A stretch of 64,000 nt of DNA from a virus. The position numbers were made by a program, and so were the translations under genes. Below, one piece after another: positions 29,701 to 39,100 of the stretch (the stretch's first letter is position 1; each line of letters opens with the position of its first letter). Location of the stretch: positions 32,001 to 96,000 of IMG/VR virus record IMGVR_UViG_3300020159_001932. One strand, given 5' to 3'. The notes beneath the pieces are model-generated. The model was not told where the DNA came from, made no database searches, and saw only the letters and a list, made by a program, of their open reading frames with translations.

Positions 29701-30227
29701 GCGGTATTGTATGCTGTACTTTTAACAATTAAATTATCACCAACAACAGTTCCACCTGCAATTACTAAGGCACCAGTATTGCCAACAAAATTTCCAGTTG
29801 TGGTATTTGTAATATTAGTTACACCGGCAACAGTTAAAGTTCCACCTAAATTAGTTGCACCTGTATCAACAGTTAAAATATTTGTACCTGTAACAAATAA
29901 GGCTCCACTAAAAGTGTTTACAGCACCAGTGAATAGTGTTTGTCCTTGAAATAAACTAGCACCGGTTACCTGTAAAGAGGTAGCAGTAGTTATTTGAGCA
30001 TTAAGTCCTGCTAAAGTTGTTAATCCATTAACGGTTAACGAACCGTGATTAGTCTGTGCCCCCCAGACAGTAGCAGTTGTACCTACTATTAAGTTTTTAG
30101 CAATTGCGGCACCGCCGTTGACCTGTAAAGTAGACGTTTGTCCTGTTGATGATGATACAAACGCTGTTCCTTCTGTCAGCGCACCAGACCTAACTACGAA
30201 GTCTTTGGTTATTGATGTTAGTGCCAT
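26793..30227 (-). CDS. Fibre-like virion protein, 1144 aa
   Basis: Thr/Gly-rich beta repeats; DDGKDIGF.FHYY domain shared with the 2686-aa fibre; C-terminal YR..KY.IQ...EYA domain shared with the 399-aa neighbour. Confidence 0.8.
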   Translation of the reverse strand: MALTSITKDFVVRSGALTEGTAFVSSSTGQTSTLQVNGGAAIAKNLIVGTTATVWGAQTNHGSLTVNGLTTLAGLNAQITTATSLQVTGASLFQGQTLFTGAVNTFSGALFVTGTNILTVDTGATNLGGTLTVAGVTNITNTTTGNFVGNTGALVIAGGTVVGDNLIVKSTAYNTATNTANAIYTPGGIYADQGLTVAGPVLFKDIVTFNGTATYVLSTNTYYTDNILEIHTPPGGVYSDWFVDDGKDIGFRFHYYTNSTDTNAALVLDNASKELHWYSSGAEATNGDFSTATYGTFRTGKVGLDGGFAATNTLSGSLQILNGGAGIGGAVWADTLNATNLTTASGIVYSINNKLQNTPVTWNDATQRLVGTIDRANTATNIQGGASGSLIYQLGESQSTTLPIGTNGQILTVTGGNPVWSAVSGLSAGNATTATNIAGGQKDQIPYQSGPGQTVFNAGLRFNGTTFTTTNVVVSGTGNSTGYNNGTGALQVAGGAAINNDLWVGGDINLQGSLFLKGVGLDQITGSTGTFDYLIVEGTGTSLTVSDGSTFAGITTVTNATPALGAAGTAALQVRGGLGITKDIYVGTTATIAGATSLGTSLTVTGYTSLNGGTTISAATVTNTLNVTGYSGLNGGATISAATVTNTLNVTGYSGLNGGATISAATVTTTLNVTGYTSLNGGATISAATVTNNLLVSGNTQHTGYTSINGGATANALTVTNEVTVGTTLGVTGYTSLNGGATISAATVTNTLNVTGYTSLNGGATISAATVTNTLNVTGYSGLNGGASVTAMTVTNSTAVATTGTGALIVPFGGVGIGGGLVVGGITTTTNTSPALGVAGIASVQVFGGVGIAKDLYVGTTATIAGITYHNTTTPSLGSATAGAIQTTGGVGIAKDLYVGTTATIGGTITAQTFIGNFQGTLTGTASKLDTVAQPASGTYFPTFVNANNATANSMTVFTTSSLTINPGTGAVGVGGNLTVSSAGIAYFQNVTDSNATNNGAVIISGGIGVAKAATIGTTLTVGSASSATTVNSLYSNNYLISSYTSGFITTNSLINLDTFSSTSYRTCKYVIQIVDGTKIHVEEILLFHDGTSVYMTEYAVLTSQGELGTFDATLAAGIVTLNFTASYTPTNMTVKTMRTAITL
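27840..28415 (-). repeat. Eight tandem copies of a 23-aa (69-bp) unit TGY(T/S)(S/G)LNGGATISAATVTNTLNV
   Basis: Visible in protein and DNA. Two central copies carry 6-aa insertions. Confidence 0.92.
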
Positions 30228-30244
30228 TTAAGTGTTTTCCTGTT

Positions 30245-31444
30245 TTATGCTCGCATTGTTGTTCTGAAAATTTGAAGTGTCATAGTACTATTGTAATAAG
30301 GTGTAAAATATAATCTCGCTATATCGTCTCCTTGTACATCGGCTGCAAATTCTCCTAATTCTCCGTTACTTGAAAGTACAGCATATTCTGTAGCGTAAAT
30401 AGTTTGAGCATTGTCTACCATTAACAGTATTTCAATAGTTTCAAACTGTGCCCCAGGTCCTGTACCTTCTTGTATTTGTATCAGATACTTTGCTGATCTA
30501 TAATCATCAACAGAGTAAGCGTCTACTACAATCGTTGCCGTGGTATTTACCAAAATTTTGGAAGAATCCATGATAGCATCTGCTATCTGAACACTTTCAG
30601 AATTAATTCTACCACCAACTCCTAGTCCTCCAGTAATAATTACTGCTCCTGTACTACTAGATGTAGAACTAGTTGTGTTTGTAAAATAAACTACGTGGTT
30701 TGTACTGCTTCCTCTACCTGTTACACTTTGTAAAGTAGAAGTATTTGAAATAATAATTGATACTGTACCGGTAATAAGCCCTTGTGTGGCAGTAACACTA
30801 ATATCAGGACCTGCTATAAAAGAATCTACAAGCGTTGATGTAGTAATTACAGGGATACCCGCACTATAAATTGTTCCACCTAGCCACAAATCTTGACCAA
30901 TACTTACCCCACCGTTAACAATCAAAGCACCGGTTCCTAGACCAGTTGCAGTAGTATTATTTGAAATATATATTGCATTGGTTGTAGAATTTCCATTATC
31001 TGTAACTGTTTGTAAAGTAGCAGTATTCCAGATTGTTACTGTTTGTAGACTACCTACAGTTGATGTTGTAATTGCTGTACCGGTGCCAGCAATAAAAATT
31101 GGAGGCGTGATATACTGAGCCAAGGTAGCAGTTGTAATTATTATAGCATTGTTGATTGTAGAAGTGTCTGAGACATAAAGAGCTCCGCCAATCCAAACAT
31201 CTTTTCCAAATCCTGCTCCTCCAACTACTTGCAATGCTCCAGTTACGGTAGATATTGCGTTTGTGCTTGAAGTGACTACTATAGAATTTGTAGCTGTTAA
31301 ATTCTTTAGTGTAAGGTTTTCTAGCTCGGAGGTCTCTGAGACTTTAATCCACGCATAACCAGTCCATTGATAGGTTGTTGTACCTACTGTAAAGTTGGTT
31401 CCTGTATTTGTACCTTGTGGGTAAATTGGAAAAATTGATGCCAT
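30245..31444 (-). CDS. Fibre-like virion protein, 399 aa
   Basis: TLQ.VT..G.ST repeats, TGAL.V.GG.G repeats, C-terminal YRSAKYLIQ...TEYAVL domain. Confidence 0.75.
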   Translation of the reverse strand: MASIFPIYPQGTNTGTNFTVGTTTYQWTGYAWIKVSETSELENLTLKNLTATNSIVVTSSTNAISTVTGALQVVGGAGFGKDVWIGGALYVSDTSTINNAIIITTATLAQYITPPIFIAGTGTAITTSTVGSLQTVTIWNTATLQTVTDNGNSTTNAIYISNNTTATGLGTGALIVNGGVSIGQDLWLGGTIYSAGIPVITTSTLVDSFIAGPDISVTATQGLITGTVSIIISNTSTLQSVTGRGSSTNHVVYFTNTTSSTSSSTGAVIITGGLGVGGRINSESVQIADAIMDSSKILVNTTATIVVDAYSVDDYRSAKYLIQIQEGTGPGAQFETIEILLMVDNAQTIYATEYAVLSSNGELGEFAADVQGDDIARLYFTPYYNSTMTLQIFRTTMRA

Positions 31445-31453
31445 ATTCTACTC

Positions 31454-32734
31454 TTATAATCCTGTAAATTGAACCCAGACTTTATTTGTGCCATCTAATA
31501 TATATTGGAATGTGGCTCCTTGACTTGGATCTATCCAAAAGTCCCCTAATCTTGGACTCACAGGAGGAGTTCCAATTTGAAGGGTTGACCTTGGGGTATA
31601 TAATAAATTACTTTCTTCGGCAATACCTTCGCGACTATAAATGCTTTGGCTTGCTGTTATTGTTTGTACAAATAATTCTTTATAATTTGAGCTATAATAA
31701 AAATCAGGATCTTCAACAAGATCGCTGTAACTATTAGTTGACGTGCTCAAAATAATATAGTGGTTTGCATTTGTTGCTGAACTAACAAATACTTTACTAG
31801 AATAAGTCGAAGTAGTTACTGCAACATCGGCAAAATTTGCCCATGTGGCCGTACTACCATTTGATACTAGAACTGTATTTGTATTTCCTATGTCAATAAA
31901 TGCTGTTTGGTTTGCCGATGTTTGATAAGGTATACTACCTAATTTTCCTTTTTCAATATTGGTTGCTGTAGTAGCAAGTCCTATAAAATTATTAGCATAG
32001 GAATTTAAAAAGTAAGAATCTCTACGAACGTTTCCGCCAATTACCATATCATCTATGGATCCGGTTAAACTAGGTTGTATGATAATTGTTCCGCCCGCTG
32101 TAGGTCTAATATCTACATTTGCGGCCTGTGGGCTTAATACTACCTCTCCTAACCCATCAACAGTTAGTTCGCCTTTAATTAAAACGTCAGATTGTGCAAA
32201 AATTGCTGAATTAAATGTTGAAGTTGAACCAACAAATAATGTTGACCCAATATTTAAATTCTTACCAATGCCAACGCCGCCGGCTACTACCAATGCACCA
32301 GTTGCAGTATTTAGAGAAACTTCGGTGCTGGTAATTTGTAGAGTATATACTGTTGCTGTCGTGGCAGTAAAAATATTAGTTATAAAATCGCCGCCAACAA
32401 ATAAGTTACCACTTATGCCAACGCCACCTTCTACAACTAATGCTCCGGTGTTAGTACTTGTTGTAGCAACACTTCCTTGAACTACAATACTTGTGTTTGT
32501 GCCAGTGGCAATAAGAACAATGTTTTTATTTTGATTACTCCAAACAGTACTAGTATTAAATTCTAAATTACCTAAACTACTTGAATAAGTTGTAACTAAT
32601 TTATCACTTGTAACAATTGTAAAGCCGGTACTAGTCGATGGCGACGGCGGTAATTGAGGTTGTGCTCCTTTTAGGTCAATAAATTGACCACTTCCTCCTC
32701 GTCTTAATGTTGATCCGCTTAATAATCCTGGCAT
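31454..32734 (-). CDS. Fibre-like virion protein, 426 aa
   Basis: TGALVV.GGVGI repeats, GSIPYQ repeat unit, C-terminal P..PRLGDFWID...WVQ module. Confidence 0.72.
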   Translation of the reverse strand: MPGLLSGSTLRRGGSGQFIDLKGAQPQLPPSPSTSTGFTIVTSDKLVTTYSSSLGNLEFNTSTVWSNQNKNIVLIATGTNTSIVVQGSVATTSTNTGALVVEGGVGISGNLFVGGDFITNIFTATTATVYTLQITSTEVSLNTATGALVVAGGVGIGKNLNIGSTLFVGSTSTFNSAIFAQSDVLIKGELTVDGLGEVVLSPQAANVDIRPTAGGTIIIQPSLTGSIDDMVIGGNVRRDSYFLNSYANNFIGLATTATNIEKGKLGSIPYQTSANQTAFIDIGNTNTVLVSNGSTATWANFADVAVTTSTYSSKVFVSSATNANHYIILSTSTNSYSDLVEDPDFYYSSNYKELFVQTITASQSIYSREGIAEESNLLYTPRSTLQIGTPPVSPRLGDFWIDPSQGATFQYILDGTNKVWVQFTGL

Positions 32735-32745
32735 TACAGTTCCTA

Positions 32746-33129
32746 TTATGAGTTAGCTGTTTGAAGGATACTCATTACCAATTGCATGGTACCTGAAGTA
32801 TCTGCATACACCCGAACACTATCTAATTCTTCAATAATCATTTTTCCGCTGAGAGGAGTTCCTGCGTCATTTGGCGGAATAGCAAAATCTTTAACTAGTA
32901 GACTAGGAGTAAGACCCGGTTGGCCTCCAAATCCTTGTGCATCCGGTAGAATAGTCTTGTATCTAAAATGTTCAAAACTTACTGTATGCGTTTCTGTTGT
33001 AAGGTTTGCTACCTGTGCCATTAATACAATTGCGGTCACACCAATTGGTGCCGTGTATACAGATGCTGTTGTATTTGTAGTTAGTACTGCTGTTTTTGTT
33101 AAAAACTTGTTTAATGGTAACTGTGCCAT
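32746..33129 (-). CDS. Small virion-type beta protein, 127 aa
   Basis: VYTAPIGVTAIVLMAQVAN motif. Immediately follows the giant repeat protein. Confidence 0.7.
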   Translation of the reverse strand: MAQLPLNKFLTKTAVLTTNTTASVYTAPIGVTAIVLMAQVANLTTETHTVSFEHFRYKTILPDAQGFGGQPGLTPSLLVKDFAIPPNDAGTPLSGKMIIEELDSVRVYADTSGTMQLVMSILQTANS

Positions 33130-33141
33130 TTTGTATCCCTA

Positions 33142-36100
33142 TTATGTAATTGCTAAAATAAACGGTGTCATATTTGCATATAACGACTGAACAAAAGTAC
33201 GTCCGCTTAGTACTCCAGTTGCTTGACTAATAACCAATCCTGGACCAATACGGAAGTCGCCGTTTTGGTCAGTTGAAGTAAAGAAGACCTTACCACTATT
33301 TAATTGAACTGTTTCTTTACTTTGTACTGGATCAGCAACACCCCGCTGAGGAAGCGCACCGTAGTTTGTGCCAGCACCAACATATTCAAACAGATAACCA
33401 GATGCGCTAATATAACTACGTTGATAGAAATTTACAGTCGATCCGTCGGGGAATAAGTCTGGTCTATTAACCGCTTCTCCAAGTTGAACAATGTGATATG
33501 TACCAGGTCTGGACCAATAACTTAACCCGCTGAAAACCATATTATAATTTCCACCAGATTGTAAATCATAGATAAGCTGTTGCAGTATTAATTTAATATC
33601 TCTAATACATTTATCTTGATTATAGCTACCTAGACCCCCTGCTAAATTTAATGTAACATAAGCTGCAACTTCTTTTGAAATAAAATTAATGTTATTTTCT
33701 ATTAGTGTTACTGCACTACCAGCACCTTCTGGAATAGTACCAGAAGTTGTTATTGCATTTTGAGGCACTACGGTTTTTGCAACAGATATATTTGGCGCAT
33801 TAATGATATTAATCATTTGAGTAAATCTCAGGTCAATAAACGCTTGAGAATTGCTTCCTCCAGCTACGGTAAAATTAATTACCTGTGTTGCTGTATTTCC
33901 AGCAGTCGGAGTTACTGCAATATTTCCAATAACATCATCAACAACAGATTTTAAATAATTTAATGTAGTAACGTGCGCGGCTACTTGACTTGTTGCAGGC
34001 CCTTCAAAGAATGGATCTGCATTTGCACTTAAAATATTAGTATTAGGTGCGTAAGGACCTTCGGCTATTTGGCTAGTCTGTACTGTGTAATAACTATTTC
34101 CGCAGAAATACAATGTAAAAAATGTTGGATTTGTAACATCACCGCCACCACTGGTTAGTGCTTGATTTAAACTAATACTATTATAGTTTACATCTGTTAC
34201 CACTGTTCCTGTAGCAGCATACCATACTCCGTTATCGTCATATTCTCTGCCAAACTGGTCTCTAATTCTTAATGTATTTCCAATATAGACATCGGTGGTG
34301 TTAATATTGGTTAGATTAATTGTTCCTGTAGTTAACGTACTTGTGCTTGGAAATACGTTTAAGAATCCAGGAAAGTTTTGTTCGTTTAAGTGCCCCTCGG
34401 GCGGAACCACTTCCATAACTTGCCCGATATGAGGTCTGTTTTCGCTGTCAGGGACAAATATTTCCACACTACCGCCGTTGTTAGGCCAGTATCCATTAGG
34501 ATAAAACTGATCAAGGTAGGCGCTGCCTGGAACATTAGGACTAAATGGATATGCTCTAAAACTTGGGTTGAAAACAGTACCACTAAATGACCTAGGACCA
34601 TATCCCTTTGCAACTAACGACAAGTCACCAAAGTTACAGTTAGAGTTAGTAATAGAAGCAATACCACCGTTATCGCAAAGAACACCAATACTACAGAAAA
34701 TTGTAAACACAGATACTAACTGAGAGTATCCGTTGTTTGTAACTTTAACTCCTATGCCGCCTTGATTTAATTGGGTATAAGCATCAAAAACAAATGATTG
34801 AATAGGTGAACGATCACTAATTACTGCACCATCAATTAATGCACCTCCCATTGCTCCAATAGGATCAACTTTTCTTTCATTCCACGTATTGGTATCTAAT
34901 CCCAGATCTAAACATAATTCTTCAACTTGGTTATCTTGTAAAGGATAAATCAATGTATCACCAAAGTATAATGTAGAATTATCTCCAAATCCTACAGTAG
35001 GTTTGTCTAATCCTACTTTAAATATTCCTTCGCTGACTTCTTCAACAGATGTAACCTTAGTTGCAATAGTAACACTTGATCCATTAATGCCGTTTAATGC
35101 AAACAATCCTCCGCCTGCGTATACCGGTGGAGCAACACTAGGCCCTCTTTCAATGATATTTGTTATAATACCAAAATTGCGTGATATAGCCTGCTGGGGC
35201 ATATAGTCGCCCCCGTACTGATAGAAAGGATTAATAATCTGTGTTGAAACTGTTCCGGTTATTGTTGTTACTGGTGTATTTGCAATTACCTGCAATGCTA
35301 GATCTCTTGCATAATTGATTGCGGCTGTAGTTGTACTTTCTTGCCCGGCAACATAATTATATCCCTGGTTCCAATAAGAGAGTCCTGCCTCAATTGACTT
35401 TTGATTTCCGCCTAACAATATATCCTGACTTACAGCATCAATAATTAATCCTGTGTCTCTGTAGCAAAGTTCTTGATTGTAGTTAAAACTATTAGGATTA
35501 TAAGTTTGATCAAGATACGTGATAGTTTCTTCTATCATGAATTTACGGTTTGCCTTTAATATACTATGGGCATATCTTGTTGGCTTTGAAACAGACATTG
35601 TTAAACTAACAGGAACAAGATCTGATGCCACGCCGGGTCCATTTGCAATAATATTTGTAAGAGTGTTAACAATATTAATTAAATTTTGTGCATTTAAACT
35701 GTCGCTAACAGGCAAGTTTGTTACAGGACGTACTCTTGTTTGTAGTGGATAATATGTTTGTCCTTGTACTAATGTGCTGGCTAAATTTGCCAGGAATGTA
35801 AAAGCGTCAACTGTTGCTGTTGTTTCAGATGGTATAACAGTTTCTGCTCCAATATTTGAATAGTAGCAAAGTCCCGACTGAATGCTTTGTCTGTTTCCAC
35901 CGTATAATAAATCAAAACAAATACTTTGAATTATATAACCAACATCTCTGGCACATGTACTTGTTGAATAAGTAAACCCCGGATTTGTAGCATTTACAAA
36001 TGCAACAACTTCATCGGCCATATAATTTGTATTGGCCAACAAGAGATTAACTGTATTTTTTACACTAGGTAGATTAGACTCTTGCCCGGTATCTGGAACA

Positions 36101-39100
36101 ATTAAATCTGTCCACCCATTTGTTTTTCCATTTAAGATGGTTAATATATTTCCAAATTCAGAACGAATTGTATCAATTTCTGCAGATGATGCATAGTTAC
36201 TAGATGTTGTTTGTATTCCATTGGTGTATCTAGTTATCCCCACTAGTGCATCTGTTGCTGTTGTAATATTTTGAACAACTTTAACACTTAGATCCCGTAG
36301 ATAGGTAATGGCATTAATTGTTGGGCCAAGCTGTTCTTTAATGGCACCAACATAATTTCCTTGATTGAAATATTGTATTCCTGAAAATGTTGCCTGAGAA
36401 TTAGTTGGTGTTGGAAATAACAAATCTGTAGCAATACTGTCAATGATAATACCTGTGTCCCTACGACATTTAATTTGATTATATGGAAGAGACTTTGGAG
36501 GATCGCATAAAAAGTAATTAATATGTTTAATAACACTTTCTTGTATAAAACTTCTGTTTGCTTGTAATAACACCTCTGCACTTACAAATGCGGCATCAGG
36601 ACCGGGTCCTTTAAATAATTCAGGTGCTGCATCTGGGCCATTTAATATTATATCTGTTGTAATATTGAATAACTTTTTAATCGAGGAGGTTGTTATTTCT
36701 CCGCCGGTTAGTACAGTATTAATAACTTGTGTACCTACAGGAATATTTGCCGGTGGTACTAAGATTGGGCACGTATCGTTTTGTACAATTAACTGCGATA
36801 GATAACTTATGTAATCAATAGCACCTATAGTCTGAACTTCTTGGCCGGCAATTACACTAGTTACACCTCTATAGTATGCTTTTCCGCTTTCAATACTTTT
36901 TTCGTTGCCACCAAATGCCATATCGTAGGCCATGTTTTCTACGAGTATTCCTGCATCTCTATAGCATAGCTGTCTGTTATAATTAAAAGTGTTCAATGTT
37001 TGATTTAAAAAGGCAATTACTTCAGACTGAATAAAAGTTCTGTTAGCCATTAAGATATCATAAGAATTTAAAACTCCAGTTGATGTATTTGTAGCTAAAT
37101 TAATTGGCACACGTTCGCCTACAACAGACGGACCATTACGAATAATATTAGTAATTGTATCAATGTTATGTTGTAATGTTTCAATTTCAAAATTTGTGCC
37201 TGCGTTATATCCAACATATACCTGAGGAACACTAAGTTGGTAAGGACTTAGAATTTGATCTCCTCTTACAATCGACGGTACAATACTCTTAATAAAATTG
37301 TAAGCAGCAGTAGTAGCAGGAATTTCATTTGGAGATCCTAGAGTAGATGTACTATTATTATCGTAATAATATACACCACTCTTTATACTTTGTAAATTTC
37401 CGCCATGTAGTAAATCATAGGCCACACTTTCTAAAATATATCCTACATCTCTACGACACTTGGTCTGACTATAACCGTATACAAATGTATCGTTGATATA
37501 TGCAATAAGTTCAGATTGTATAAATGCTCGGTTGGCATGTATAATTGCAGCAGCATTTCTTACATTTTCAGAACTTGATTCTGCTAACCCTAATGGAGTT
37601 TTTTCTTCAACAACACCTGGGCCGCCTGAAATAATACTTGTAATGTAATCAATATTACCTTGTGCAACTAGTGCTTCTTGAATTGTTCCAGGTGTAACAC
37701 TACTAGTATCTTGAGGAGTTGCGCCAAACGGTGCTGGTACTTCGATGCCCTGCACTACATAATATAATAATTCTTTTAAGTAATTGTAGGCCGCTGTAGT
37801 TTGTACAGTTTGACCAGATATTGCGGTATTGCCTGTATATCCGTAATAATAGACTCCACTTTGTACAGCTTGCCTATTTCCTCCGTATAACAAATCAATA
37901 CTAATCGAGTCTAGCATGTAACCAACATCTCTTGCACATTTTTCTTGGTCGTAGACAAACCCAAGAGTCTTTGTCGATTCAACAAATGCAATAACTTCTG
38001 CTTTTAAATAATTTCTATTTGCTTGTAACAAATTGTAAGCATTTATTACATTGGTAATTGTACTTGCAGTTAGAGAATTAGGAACAATTATATCAGTTAC
38101 ACCTGCTGTGCCGGATGACAAAATATTTGTTATTACAGAAAAATCTGTAGATAAAGTTGTTGCCTCAGCAGATGTGGCAGCAGGCAAAGATATATTTTGT
38201 GTTACTGTGCTTTGATATCTTAACCCTGTTACATCATTTTGCACAATTTTTTGTGCAAGACTATTTAAATAATTAATTGCATTTGTGGTTGTAGTAATCT
38301 CGCTACCAATTGTTCCAACATAGTTGTCTTGGTTCCAATATTGAATACCTGCAAATGCTGACTGACTTCTTCCGCCAAATAATACGTCTTGTGCAACAGC
38401 ATCAACAATTAGTCCTGTATCTCTACTACACTTGGCCTGGTCGTATGAATAAAGAGGAACCAAGTTATTAGAATCAATGTAATTAATAGTATTATCTTTA
38501 ATTGTCTCAATATTTGAAATTATTGCATTGTAGGCAGCTACGGTATTAACGTTAGTACTTGGTAATCCATTTGAAATTACTTGATCTGTTACACCTACTG
38601 TACCTGTATTTAAAATTCCAAGAATTATATCAAAGTTATTTCCAACTATTGTACCTTGGCCAGCACCACCAGCGCCGGTCGCTAATGTTACTGCTGAATT
38701 TTTAACAAATGTAATAGCTGCAATGGTTGCAGTAATTTCATTTGGAATATCTCCAGTATATGTACCTTGATTCCAATATTGTAATCCAGCAAATGTGCTA
38801 TCGCTGGTACTATCTTGCAACATATCTTGTGCAATAGCATCAACAATTAATCCTGTGTCCCTGTAACACTTAATTTGATTATATGAAAAAGATCCGCTAT
38901 TAAATGTTGCATCAACCCAGGCAACTGTCTGGCTTTGAATAAATGGTTTATTTGCTAGTAACAAAGTTCTAGCATTAAAAAACCCTTGTGTTTGTTTACC
39001 AGCATTAATACTTTGACCAATACTAATAGAGCCCGATTGTACATTTACAACAATACTAGCAGTATTTGATCCCCAAGAACTTAAACCTATTGCTAAAGGA

